A stretch of DNA of 64,000 nt from Vulcanimicrobiota bacterium (GTDB lineage: Bacteria > Vulcanimicrobiota > Xenobia > Xenobiales > Xenobiaceae), in contig CALUQR010000004.1 of the NCBI GenBank assembly GCA_944322965.1, positions 33,141 to 97,140 of the forward strand, in the 5' to 3' direction. The notes under the pieces are model-generated. The model had not been told where the DNA came from. It saw only the letters and a list, made by a program, of their open reading frames with translations, and did not search any database. Shown piece after piece: positions 1-9,360 of the stretch. Each line of letters starts with the position of its first letter. The stretch's first letter is position 1. A program made the translations under genes and the position numbers.

Positions 1-2
1 GT

Positions 3-602
3 CAGTTGCGAGAAGTGCGCAAGTTGGCCCAAGATAAGCGCATGCGCAATACGATCCTCGACATGGCGGCCAACGCCCGTTTCTTGAGTAATGAGCTGCG
101 CATCGTCAGTAAGGATACGAATCGCTATTTGGCCTTAGCTTACGACTCTTTAGATAGTTACGACCGTCAGATAGTCGATCAATTAGAGCGCTTCGACTTA
201 CAGATCGCCCAGAGCCGCGAGACTTTAAGTAAGCTTACCGCCACTACCAAGAGCAAGAGTTCCCAATGGCGCCAGCAAAGCGAAGAGTTAAATAATAAGC
301 TTCACAATTTAGGTCAACTGGCGGTAGCGGAGACGGAGCGCTATCGCCACTTAAGCGCCCAAGCGGAGGAGCGCCTCACCCAAGTTGGCAATCCTCAAAT
401 AGTAGCCAAACTCCACCGCGCCGCCCGCAAGAGCCGGGAATACGCCCAGATAGCCGAAGACTTACATTACATCACTAGCGAACCTTCCACCCAAGAGGCT
501 CTAAAAGGCATGGCTGCTAAGTACAAAGACCAAGCCAAATCGATAGACGACCTCTTACGCAAAATAGAAAGCATTATACCCGGCTCTATTCCGGAGGAAT
601 AG
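3..602 (+). CDS. Coiled-coil hypothetical protein (5' partial)
   Basis: Frame is open to the window edge; helical E/Q/K/R/L-rich sequence with no recognised motif. Confidence 0.6.
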   Translation, partial: QLREVRKLAQDKRMRNTILDMAANARFLSNELRIVSKDTNRYLALAYDSLDSYDRQIVDQLERFDLQIAQSRETLSKLTATTKSKSSQWRQQSEELNNKLHNLGQLAVAETERYRHLSAQAEERLTQVGNPQIVAKLHRAARKSREYAQIAEDLHYITSEPSTQEALKGMAAKYKDQAKSIDDLLRKIESIIPGSIPEE

Positions 603-610
603 AGCCGGGT

Positions 611-1510
611 ATAATGCGGAATTCGGAGGGCGCTAGCCGCCGGAACGGCGGCTAGCAATGCGGAATGCTTAATTCGTAATTCGGAATTGGGGAAGTAGGG
701 CGCCGCCTGAGGGCGGCAGCTTAAGTTGCTGCTTGTTAGTGACTTGGCGGATCCGAGAATCGCTTGGCCTATGAGAGAATCGTCGGCTTCGCCAAATCTA
801 ATTCGTAATGCGGAATGCATAGTTCGGAATTAAATGGCTCTTGTTAGTGGATTGGCAAATCCGAAAATAACTTAGCCTATGGGAAAATCGCTGGCAGTTT
901 CACTGCCTTTTTAGCGCTTTGGTTCTGGCGTCCAGATCCTCATTTGTGTTCTGTTACCGGAATGAGGCCTTTAGGGCGTTTGTCCAATGAGACCGCGGCG
1001 CGGGCCCCGCGCCGCACATCCCCAGCGATTTTCTCCCAGCCAAGCCACTCACGGAATCAGCCGGTCATTTCCCCAGCCCCCTCGCCCCTCACCCACTGCC
1101 GAAACCAAGGTTAGCGCCATAACTTTCCCCACTGTCAGGCGCTTCCTCAATTCCGAATTCCGCCCTCCTAATTCCGAATTGCTTTTCCCCCCGCCGCGCC
1201 GCCCCTAATTCCGCATTACGCATTTCTAATTCCCAATTTATCTGGCGGCCGGAGGCTGCCAGATAAGCGCATTCCGAACTCCTAATTACGAATTGTTCCT
1301 CCATCTCGCCCCTCACCCACCGCGAAACTAAAGTTAGAGACACGCCCTCCCTCCTCGCCGCGTCCCCTCAATTACGCATTACGAATTCCTAATTCCGCAT
1401 TACCTTCCCTCGCCTCTAAGTTCTGCTGAAACCAAAGTTAGCGCCAGAACCTTTGTCCTGCGGCAACCCACTACCTCAATTACGCATTCCTAATTCCTAA
1501 TTCCGAATTG
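611..1510. repeat. Modular quasi-palindromic intergenic element, copy E1 (expanded)
   Basis: Heptamer arrays (AATGCGG/AATTCGG/AATTCGT on the left; reverse complements AATTCCG/AATTACG/CATTCCG on the right), hairpin GCTAGCCGCCG-GAA-CGGCGGCTAGC at 632-656, and modules shared with E2-E5. Confidence 0.85.
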
Positions 1511-2698
1511 CCCCGTCTTATACTGGACGTAGGTGATGGCCAGGCTGCCGATGATGAAACAGATGAGGAGCAGGTGTTCCATGGCGGTCATGCCCCAGAG
1601 GGGGGTGAAGGTTCCTTGGATCCCGGAGATGACGGTCATCGCTCCCCAGGCGGTGAGGGTATTGAGCGAGCCAAAGGCCGTCTTTTCGCCTATAGAGGGG
1701 AACATTTGGGGTATAGAGATGACTAGGGCCATAGAGTAGATGCGGTCCAGGGTCATAAAGAGGGCGATAGCGGCGATAGCCCAGTCGAGGTTTAGACCTC
1801 CGTAGATGAAGAGGGGCAGGATGACGAGGGAGAGGATGAGGGCCGAGAGATAGGTGAAGCGGTGGCCTAGGCGTTTAATGATGGAATTAGTGGCAAAATT
1901 AATGAGGCAGTCGGCCAGTCCAATAATGAGCAGGGCCAGGCTGATCTTAGCTAAGTCTAGTCCGTAATGGTAGGGGAACCACAATCCGCACAGGGAGTAG
2001 AATCCGAAGTAGGCCATACGGTTGACGGTGGAGCCTAGGTAATAGGTCCAGGCGTAGGGCGCGGTCAGGGCTTGGCGGTAGGGATTGAGGAAGCGGGCTA
2101 GCCAGGACTCTTGGGGTTTAGGGCTAGGGGGGGTAGCTTCGACCTCCTCCGGGTTGCGGGGGTAGTACCAGGCTAGGATAAGCCCCGAACTAGCGGCCAG
2201 GAGGGCGATAACAGTCACCGGCCAGTGCCAGTTCCATTGGTAGGTCATTAGTCCCGCGGCCGGCACCCCTAAGGCGGTGGCTAGAGGGCGGGCGGACATT
2301 AAGACGGCCAACATGGCGGCGTAGTAGTTTTTAGAAATATCGTGGAAGGTCAAGCGCCACATAATAGAGGCGATGAGTCCGGCCGCCACTCCGGCTAGGG
2401 CCCTACATCCTAGCGCCCAAAGGAAATTGGGGCAGACTACTAGGGCCATTTGGGAGAGGGCTAAGAGCAAGACGCACCCGGCCAGGAAGCAGCGCCGATC
2501 CCAGCTGGCTACGAGGGCCGGTCCCAGGATTAGTCCCACCACGGTTCCGCCCGTACAGAAAGAGATCAGCCACAGCGCGCGCTGGGGGCTGACCTTAAAA
2601 TCTTCGCTCAAGGGCCCGATGAGGGGGGCGATAGAATTATCTATAGAGTTGAAAGCGAAGATGAGGATAAAGGAGAGTATGACCAGGAAGAGTTGCAT
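1490..2698 (-). CDS. MFS transporter (probable exporter)
   Basis: 402 aa with about 12 hydrophobic segments in a 6+6 arrangement; last gene of the four-gene operon. Confidence 0.85.
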   Translation of the reverse strand: MQLFLVILSFILIFAFNSIDNSIAPLIGPLSEDFKVSPQRALWLISFCTGGTVVGLILGPALVASWDRRCFLAGCVLLLALSQMALVVCPNFLWALGCRALAGVAAGLIASIMWRLTFHDISKNYYAAMLAVLMSARPLATALGVPAAGLMTYQWNWHWPVTVIALLAASSGLILAWYYPRNPEEVEATPPSPKPQESWLARFLNPYRQALTAPYAWTYYLGSTVNRMAYFGFYSLCGLWFPYHYGLDLAKISLALLIIGLADCLINFATNSIIKRLGHRFTYLSALILSLVILPLFIYGGLNLDWAIAAIALFMTLDRIYSMALVISIPQMFPSIGEKTAFGSLNTLTAWGAMTVISGIQGTFTPLWGMTAMEHLLLICFIIGSLAITYVQYKTGQFGIRN

Positions 2699-2719
2699 GG
2701 CGCCGCCGTCCGTTCTCCT

Positions 2720-4033
2720 TTAAGGATTAGAGCCGGTACCTAGGGCTCGCATAGCCATCCGCAAGACGCTTTGAGTATACTCGGGGCTATCTCCAAAGAC
2801 GGCGATACTCACTCCCCCGTGGAGCGGGGGCGAGGTCAAGACTAAGCCGCGACGGGCCCGATGGGCCTGGAGCGGCGAGCGCAGGAGCACATTCTCCCCT
2901 TCGTAGGTCAAAAATTCGAGCGCTTGCAAGACGGTGGCGCTGTCGGTGAGGGAGGTGGGACACTCTTCGCGGCTAGCGATAAAGAGGCGCGACCAGTACT
3001 CGCCAAAGAGGCGCTTCCCTAAGTCGAGGACGTAGCTCAAACCATTGTGGCGGAAGTTGCACTCTAAGAGGATCGGCTCTAGGATCCCTTGGGCGTTAGG
3101 TTTAATACCCCAGTCTACATTGAGTAAGCCGCGCGCCCCGGCTAGATGGAGGGCCCGGCCTAAACGTTGGCTGGCGGCAGCGATCTCTTCTAAGAAGGCC
3201 TTTTGGTTTTGGAGGGGCACGGCCGGGTAATCGAAGCCTTGCCAATGGCCGTCGCGCACCACCTGACGGTCGATAGCTAAAAGCTGGGAGCCTACGCCGT
3301 CGAGGAGGGTCAGGGACCCGCATACTTCAACGAAGTCCAAGAAGGGTTCTACTAAGACTCGCCCTAGGCTATACCACTTGGGGATACGCTCTTGGAGTTG
3401 GGAGGCGGTTCCGCTCATATTGCCGCATCCCCCGGCGCATTTCACTTTGCGCAACATGATCCGCCCCTGGCGTTTATCTTCTAAGGTGGCGGTCAGGCGT
3501 TCGATAGCCAGGCTGAGATCGCTCAAATTATCGGCGTGCAGTCCCTCTACGACCCGGCAGCTAGCGCCTAAACCCAGCCCTTTGCAGAAGTCTTTATCGT
3601 TAATGGCCTCTACTAAGTCCCGTTCGACTAGGCGGCGAGGGGTGACACGGAGGGGCAACCCCAGGAGGTCTCCCACTTGGTAGGCGGCGGGCGACTGGTA
3701 GTAGGGTTCTAAGTACCAGCCTGGCCCTTGGCAGCGGCGGCGCAACTCGCGCAGGGCGTGGCTGTCTTGGTGGATGGAATCTCCTAAAAGGCAGGAAGCC
3801 GCCAATTGGACGTCTAGGACCACCTCCGTCGGTTGGCCTAGCCCCAGAAGCTGGCAGGCGTACTTTTGGAAGCTCAGCTCAATGGGGATAGGGGTCGCCA
3901 AAATATCGCCCGGATCGAGACCATAGAGGAAGCGCGCGAACATTTTGCGCGATTTCGACATAAAGATCTGGGTAAAGGAGGCGTCTAGTTGGGAGAGGGC
4001 CTCCTCCGTATTGGGGAAGAAGAGTTTAGGCAT
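2720..4033 (-). CDS. ATP-grasp amide ligase with pre-ATP-grasp domain (PGM1-like)
   Basis: N-terminal 'RFLYGLDPGDILATPIPI..FQKYACQLLG' pre-ATP-grasp pattern; K..AGGCGN loop, VLVEPF, NVDW and ECNFR ATP-grasp motifs. Confidence 0.7.
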   Translation of the reverse strand: MPKLFFPNTEEALSQLDASFTQIFMSKSRKMFARFLYGLDPGDILATPIPIELSFQKYACQLLGLGQPTEVVLDVQLAASCLLGDSIHQDSHALRELRRRCQGPGWYLEPYYQSPAAYQVGDLLGLPLRVTPRRLVERDLVEAINDKDFCKGLGLGASCRVVEGLHADNLSDLSLAIERLTATLEDKRQGRIMLRKVKCAGGCGNMSGTASQLQERIPKWYSLGRVLVEPFLDFVEVCGSLTLLDGVGSQLLAIDRQVVRDGHWQGFDYPAVPLQNQKAFLEEIAAASQRLGRALHLAGARGLLNVDWGIKPNAQGILEPILLECNFRHNGLSYVLDLGKRLFGEYWSRLFIASREECPTSLTDSATVLQALEFLTYEGENVLLRSPLQAHRARRGLVLTSPPLHGGVSIAVFGDSPEYTQSVLRMAMRALGTGSNP

Positions 4034-4997
4034 AGAAAGTCCCGTTACAGAGCATCTGGCGCGGATATTCGCGCAGATTGAGTCCGCGAATGCTCTTGAG
4101 CGAGCAGAGCACGAACTGGAAGTTACGCGCCATAAGCGCTTTGGCCACTTTATCGACGGACTCTAAGGCCACGTCGTTCTTTTGGGCGAAAGAGATCGTA
4201 TCCTCTTGGCCGGGCAAGACTTGACGCTCGGAGTGGAGGTCGTAGCGCTCTAAGAGCTCTGACCACAGCTTGGGATCTACCAGGGGGGGCATACTCTCTA
4301 AGAGCGTAGGCGAGAGCAGGAGGTAGGACCACATGACCCGCTTCAGCTTATAACTCTCCAAAAGGTCGAGGAAGGGCTGGAGCGCTTGGGGCTGGTCGTC
4401 AATTTGGGCCACGAAGGGGTCGCAGTGGATAGTAGTCAGTAATCCCGCCTCTTGGGCCTGGGCGGCCGCCTCCAAGCGCTGGCGCAGGGGAAGTAAATTC
4501 TTCTCAAAGCTGGGTAGCGGGTCGGGGTCTAAGAGGGAGGAGGGCCTACAGGCGGCGTTATAGGAGAACTTCTGAGGGTAACGGGCTAAAAGCTCCAAGA
4601 GCTGACGGTCGGGCGCCCCCTTAGTGGTGATGATCACTCGGGAGACGCGAGATTTAGCTAAGATCTCTAAGATCTCATAACTCAAGCCGTCGGCCACAAA
4701 GCGGGGGCTAAAGATGTCCGTATAGCGGGAGAGCTTAAAGATAGAGACTTGGCCGCTATTAGCTTGGCGCTCGATAGCCTCCAAGAGTTCCTGACGGGGT
4801 AAGAGGGGCTGGGGATTAGCGAAGTTCGTTCCCAGCTCCGCTAGAGAGTTGCGCACCGCCATCCGGCTGCGGGCGTAGCAATAAGGGCAATTATGTTCGC
4901 AACCTACCCAAGGTTCTAAATAGTGGTACTTCCCGTACCAGCAGGTCCCCAAGGACCCGGGAGCGACTAATTGGACGCGCTCAACGTTGGGACTCAT
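4026..4997 (-). CDS. Radical SAM enzyme, spore-photoproduct-lyase-like family
   Basis: LEPWVGCEHNCPYCYA (CxxxCxxC), TD motif, ITTK, and DP near the strand ends. Confidence 0.85.
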   Translation of the reverse strand: MSPNVERVQLVAPGSLGTCWYGKYHYLEPWVGCEHNCPYCYARSRMAVRNSLAELGTNFANPQPLLPRQELLEAIERQANSGQVSIFKLSRYTDIFSPRFVADGLSYEILEILAKSRVSRVIITTKGAPDRQLLELLARYPQKFSYNAACRPSSLLDPDPLPSFEKNLLPLRQRLEAAAQAQEAGLLTTIHCDPFVAQIDDQPQALQPFLDLLESYKLKRVMWSYLLLSPTLLESMPPLVDPKLWSELLERYDLHSERQVLPGQEDTISFAQKNDVALESVDKVAKALMARNFQFVLCSLKSIRGLNLREYPRQMLCNGTFYA

Positions 4998-5039
4998 AAG
5001 TTTTAATAATACCTCTCATATCTTTCCAAAAAGTCTTCT

Positions 5040-5705
5040 TTACACCTTGCGGGCTAAGATCCCGCCATAGAAAGAGGAGCGGGGGTAAGTTTTTAAGAGT
5101 TGGAAGCCTCCCCGCTGCAGGCACTCCTTCCAGTAACCTAAGCCGCAGGGGTGTTCCCGGCGGAAACTGTTGTAGAGATCTTGGCGCTTACTCTCCCAGC
5201 TCTCTCCGTAATAACGGGCCGCATCGGCCCACAGCTCTTCCCAATGATCGTCAAGCTGCGAGCGTTCGAAATTAAAGAAGATGCCATCCTCTATGTAGAG
5301 CAGGGCCCCGGAGCGGAAGGCGGGCCCTAAGTTGAGGCAGAGTTCCAGCTTTTGAGGGTCGGCGAGGTGGTGTAGAGCCTTGCGGGAGAAGCCCTTAGTA
5401 AAGGATTGGGCTGGCGCCTGGAACTTTTCAAAGGAGGTACAAGTTAATTCCCAAGGAGTAGCCAAGGCGCTACACTTTTCGCTAGCTAAAGAGATCTGCA
5501 GGGGCGAGAGATCGATCCCGTGGACTCGGGCCACTTTAGGGGCGGCGTAAGTTAAGAACTCCCCCGCTCCGCAACCCAAATCGAGGAGCGCGTCTTGGGG
5601 CCCCAACTCTAAGAGCTCTAAGTAAGGGGCGTACTCCTGGCTGGGAGTCGCGTAATTAGTATTGTAGTAGCGCACGTATTCGTCATTTAACCAATTCTCT
5701 TCCAT
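5040..5705 (-). CDS. Class I SAM-dependent methyltransferase
   Basis: LLDLGCGAG, GIDLS and ALHHL motifs; start moved to ATG 5705 (GAGG RBS) rather than 5960. Confidence 0.85.
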   Translation of the reverse strand: MEENWLNDEYVRYYNTNYATPSQEYAPYLELLELGPQDALLDLGCGAGEFLTYAAPKVARVHGIDLSPLQISLASEKCSALATPWELTCTSFEKFQAPAQSFTKGFSRKALHHLADPQKLELCLNLGPAFRSGALLYIEDGIFFNFERSQLDDHWEELWADAARYYGESWESKRQDLYNSFRREHPCGLGYWKECLQRGGFQLLKTYPRSSFYGGILARKV

Positions 5706-5732
5706 AATCGTTCCTCGCCTCTCTAGATCCGT

Positions 5733-5762
5733 TTGCCAGATTTGCTGGTGCAATGGTATAAT
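5733..5762 (+). promoter_or_regulatory. Putative sigma70 promoter
   Basis: TTGCCA, 18 bp, TATAAT with extended TG, upstream of ATG 5832. Confidence 0.6.
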
Positions 5763-5831
5763 CAGGAACTTACAATTAATAGTTCGTGCCCTGCGGGTGG
5801 GAGCCTGGAGGGACGGAAGGTGGAATCTTTC

Positions 5832-6314
5832 ATGATCAATAATTGGCAGCCTGTGGCCTGTGATCGGCCCAATATCACCCTCTACGAACGCCAGTCCCCG
5901 CGCGGCCAGGCGGAGATCGAGCGCCACGAAGACGGTTCGGCTAGCGCCTCCTCTAAGCACGGCCCCTTAGGGTTGGGCATGTCTATTGAAGCCGACTACT
6001 TTAGCCCCGCTCCTAGCGACGAGCAGATCTTAGATCGCATGGACCAGAGCGCCTACCCTCCCATCTACGGCGAGTGGAAAGAGGTAGAGCCCAAAGGTCC
6101 CAAGCTCCCCAGCGTCAAGACCTATGAAGGGCGCGAGACGGGCGGGCTCATTAAGAGCAAAGTCACGGTAACTATCGATCGCGATAAGGACCGGGTCGAC
6201 TTTGTAGGTAAGGTGGGCCATTTTGGAATGGAGATGGAGGGTACCTTCTTCGCCCCCACCCCCTCCGACCAGGAGATCTTGACTCGCCTCTCCCGCAATC
6301 CCAAGCTAGATTAG
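5832..6314 (+). CDS. Hypothetical protein with two internal repeats
   Basis: GMSIEADYFSPAPSDEQILDRM vs GMEMEGTFFAPTPSDQEILTRL; GGAAGG RBS before ATG 5832; promoter upstream. Confidence 0.7.
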   Translation: MINNWQPVACDRPNITLYERQSPRGQAEIERHEDGSASASSKHGPLGLGMSIEADYFSPAPSDEQILDRMDQSAYPPIYGEWKEVEPKGPKLPSVKTYEGRETGGLIKSKVTVTIDRDKDRVDFVGKVGHFGMEMEGTFFAPTPSDQEILTRLSRNPKLD

Positions 6315-7089
6315 TCTCCCCTCCCCCATCCCTCTCCGGGGTTTGACCGGGCCGAGGGTAGGGGGTATAGGGGATAGCCCGATGGTTGGGCTTATAGCGC
6401 CAGCAGTACCAATAGAGTTGGGCTAGCTGGCGCAAATAATTTAAAATCTCGCCGCTACCGAATTTGCTCCGTCCCAACTGGCGATCGACGAAGGTGAAGG
6501 GCGCCTCGCAGAGGGTAGCGTAACGCCCTTTGATCATTACTTCCAGGTTAATTTTAAAGCCGATAGGGTTGAGCTCTACCCCTTCGATAACTTCGCGCTT
6601 CATGAGCAAGTAACCGGAAGTTACGTCCCGAGCGGGGCAGATGGGGCGCCCCAACATAATGGCTACCCAGGAAGTAAAGCGCCTAAACCAGGGCCAATTA
6701 GCCACCCCTCCCCCGGGCGCGTAGCGACTCCCCAGAGCGATATCGGCGCCCCCTTCTAGGAGAGAGTAGATCATGTCGGGCAAGATGGCCGGATCGTGGG
6801 AGAGATCGGCGTCAATCACCCCCAAAAGGCGCCCTTTAGCCTCCTTCCAGCCGGCGATAACGGCGGAGGAGAGCCCCAACTTACCGCTCCGGCGCAAGAC
6901 GCGCACTCCGTAGCGGGGATCGAGACTTTCGGCTACCTGGGCCGTGCCGTCGGGGGAATTGTCGTCTACTATTAAGATCTCCGCCCGGTAGGGGGTAGGT
7001 TCCAAGGCGGCGGTGATCTTTTGCACTAGGGGGATGAGGTTTTCCCGCTCGTTGTAAGTGGGAACCACTAGGGTGAGGGTGGGATTCAT
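6172..7089 (-). CDS. GT2 polyprenol-phosphate mannose synthase-like glycosyltransferase
   Basis: VVPTYNERENL, VDDNSPDGT, IDADLSH and DVTSGY motifs; the C-terminal tail overlaps the opposite gene. Confidence 0.9.
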   Translation of the reverse strand: MNPTLTLVVPTYNERENLIPLVQKITAALEPTPYRAEILIVDDNSPDGTAQVAESLDPRYGVRVLRRSGKLGLSSAVIAGWKEAKGRLLGVIDADLSHDPAILPDMIYSLLEGGADIALGSRYAPGGGVANWPWFRRFTSWVAIMLGRPICPARDVTSGYLLMKREVIEGVELNPIGFKINLEVMIKGRYATLCEAPFTFVDRQLGRSKFGSGEILNYLRQLAQLYWYCWRYKPNHRAIPYTPYPRPGQTPERDGGGETNLAWDCGRGESRSPGRRGWGRRRYPPSPFQNGPPYLQSRPGPYRDR

Positions 7090-7557
7090 TTAAAGTTGGA
7101 TCACTTTCTCAGAGTTGAGGCAAATATCGAGAATGAGGTGCACGGAGACTAAGTGGCCTACTTTGAGTTTATCGGTCAGCCCCAAATTGTGGAGCGAGGT
7201 CTCGCAGACGCGCAGGGAGCAGCCTCTCTTTTGGAGGAGCTGCAAGACGGGCACAAACTCCGAGTCTTCTAGGCATAGGCGCACCGCTTCATGGATAAAG
7301 ATCAGGTACTTAGGGGGCGATTTGAGGCCATTGAGGTTAAAGATAGCCGCACGTAAGAGTTCCCGCCCCAAGTCGTCGGGCGCCCCAATGTAGAGGTGGG
7401 AGATGAGGACCGCTCCCCGGTTGGGCGGATCCTGGCGGGTTCCCAGTTGGGCGCTCTCCTGGTCGAGGGGGCGGCCGTAGCGCAGGGCGCCTAAATAGTA
7501 CTGGAGGTCCTTCTCTTCAAAGCGAGGAGGAGCGGTGAGACTCACTTTAGCTTCCAT
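7090..7557 (-). CDS. DsrE/YedF C-terminal-like sulfur/selenium transfer protein
   Basis: 'G..DDLGRELL..AI..L....PPK.LIFI.EAVRL', 'VCETSL..LGL.DKLKVG'. Confidence 0.7.
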   Translation of the reverse strand: MEAKVSLTAPPRFEEKDLQYYLGALRYGRPLDQESAQLGTRQDPPNRGAVLISHLYIGAPDDLGRELLRAAIFNLNGLKSPPKYLIFIHEAVRLCLEDSEFVPVLQLLQKRGCSLRVCETSLHNLGLTDKLKVGHLVSVHLILDICLNSEKVIQL

Positions 7558-7765
7558 GGCTTTTTTCCCCTCAGAGAGAGTTTTGAGCGTCCGCAGAACT
7601 TCCCCTAAATAGGCTGCGCTCCTTCCTCTCCGCGCCTAGTAATCCCGCTCCTAAAAGAGGGCATAGCAGGTTTTTGCTAGACCCATATCTAAGAGTTAGG
7701 GGAGCTAATTGAGGTTCCAATTAACGGTCACCTAATTCCCCATAGGGCTAGATGGAAGAGGGATA

Positions 7766-8152
7766 ATGGAAGTTAGGCGGGTGCTAGTCGTAGATGACAA
7801 CGAGGACATGTGCGTCTTGTTGGCTAGCTTTTTGCGCATGGCTGGTTGGGAGGTTTTGACTACTACCAGCGGCTCGCAGGCCTTAGAATTGGCCGCTTCC
7901 AACCCCATAGACGCCATTATGCTCGACTTGCAGATGCCGGAGATGAGTGGGCCCGAGGTCTTTTTGGAACTCAAAAAGGATCCCCGCACCGCCGATATTC
8001 CCTGTATCCTCTTTACTTGTCACGTCGAGAATTTAGATAAAGAGCATTACCTGCGTTTGGGCTTTAGAGGGGTGCTCTCCAAGAGCTTTATCGTTGAGCG
8101 TTTAGTGGGCGACATTTCTAAGATGTTAGGTTGGGATGTAGGTCGTCCATGA
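7766..8152 (+). CDS. Single-domain response regulator (CheY-like receiver)
   Basis: VLVVDD, MLDLQMPEMSG, conserved T and K. Confidence 0.9.
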   Translation: MEVRRVLVVDDNEDMCVLLASFLRMAGWEVLTTTSGSQALELAASNPIDAIMLDLQMPEMSGPEVFLELKKDPRTADIPCILFTCHVENLDKEHYLRLGFRGVLSKSFIVERLVGDISKMLGWDVGRP

Positions 8153-9360
8153 ATTCGCCGGCTGGGAAGGCGGTGCGCGCCAAATTGCGGGGGTTATTCT
8201 GGGGTTTCCGCTGGCGCCTACTCTTGATGGTGGCCCTCATCCAAGCTTTGGCCTTCGCTCTAGCTTCCTTTTACGTACTCTCTACTTCCCGCCAGCAGGG
8301 GGAGCGCGACTTAGAACTCAGCTTAGAACAAGCGGTCGACAGTTACTCTTTTGTAGCCACTCGCTCTTATGAGTCTCTGACTGCGCGGGCGGAAGAGCTG
8401 GCGGCCGATCCCAGTTGGCGCGCCCTTTTGGGGTCTAACCCTTTAGACGAGGCTAAAAAACGGGAGTTAAAAGAGCGCACCGTAGCCGATCTAGGTTCAG
8501 TAGCGGGGGATCTCCTCTTAATAGTCGACTCCCAGCGCCACATCCTCTTCCAGGCTTCCCGCCCTCAGAATAAGCAGTTAGATAGCCAGCGCCCTACCCT
8601 AACTGAGGTCGACTTCGCCCAGGGTCCCTTATTGCTCCCTACGGGTACGGAGAGTAACCCTCAGCGTCTAGAATTTAGTTTTTTAGAGCCCCTCTTTAAG
8701 CTCAATGAGGTTAGTCGCGGCTTTATGCTCTATCCCGATCCGCGCCATGGCGATCTCATCGCCGTAGTGGGGGTCGCTATCGACAAAGAGCGCCCTCAAG
8801 ACGGGGCTTTAGTCTTGGGGAAGCGTTTAGACGACAGTTCCCTCATCAAGTTGGCTCAAGGTATGCCGCGGGGGATCGTCTTAATTACGACTGGCGATCG
8901 CCTCTCTTTAGTCTACGATAACCGCTCCGGCACGCGCCCCACTCCTACTATGGCCGCGGCCTTAGAGGAGATGCTTAAAGGCTGGGATCCGGCCCGCGGT
9001 GAGAAGGCTTTACAGACGGGGAGCTTAGGTTTGAGCTTCCATTTAGACGACGCTCCCTTAGCGGGATGCCAATGGAAAGCGGCGGTCGTCAACTTAGGGA
9101 ATCTGCGCAACTCCGGGGCTTTAGGTTATCTCATCTTCTTAGCCGACCCCCAGAGCTTAACTACCCAATTAGACTTATTGACTCGCGGCCTCATCACTTG
9201 CGGCCTGCTCAGCCTAGTCGTCCAGATTATCCTCCTCTTCTTCTGCGCCCCCCTAGCCACCCGCTTCGCCCGTCCCTACTGGCAACTAGGCGTCCTCGGC
9301 CTAGTCGAACACCACGCTCAGAAGATTAATTCGGAATTAGGAATTCGTAATTCGGAGTGA
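8149..9360 (+). CDS. Membrane sensor-like protein (TM, Cache-like domain, TM) lacking an output domain; possibly truncated
   Basis: ATGA overlap with the receiver gene; two TM helices around a large extracytoplasmic region; C-terminus runs into repeat E2 (INSELGIRNSE*). Confidence 0.6.
   Translation: MNSPAGKAVRAKLRGLFWGFRWRLLLMVALIQALAFALASFYVLSTSRQQGERDLELSLEQAVDSYSFVATRSYESLTARAEELAADPSWRALLGSNPLDEAKKRELKERTVADLGSVAGDLLLIVDSQRHILFQASRPQNKQLDSQRPTLTEVDFAQGPLLLPTGTESNPQRLEFSFLEPLFKLNEVSRGFMLYPDPRHGDLIAVVGVAIDKERPQDGALVLGKRLDDSSLIKLAQGMPRGIVLITTGDRLSLVYDNRSGTRPTPTMAAALEEMLKGWDPARGEKALQTGSLGLSFHLDDAPLAGCQWKAAVVNLGNLRNSGALGYLIFLADPQSLTTQLDLLTRGLITCGLLSLVVQIILLFFCAPLATRFARPYWQLGVLGLVEHHAQKINSELGIRNSE

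Noticed and set aside
695-720. GTAG plus hairpin as a classical REP
   Set aside because: GTAG precedes the hairpin in only one copy, and no RAYT gene is in the window.
467-1343. ORFs 467-820, 987-1208 and 1089-1343 (also 42954-43148, 49936-50196, 50513-50779)
   Set aside because: They are translations of the repeat element (NSELRI/FGIRNSE heptamer peptides), with no frame conserved between copies.
611-1510. CRISPR array interpretation of the repeats
   Set aside because: No identical direct repeats with regular unique spacers, and no cas genes.
5706-5960. N-terminal extension of the methyltransferase ORF
   Set aside because: It overlaps the divergent gene and its promoter; ATG 5705 has a better RBS.
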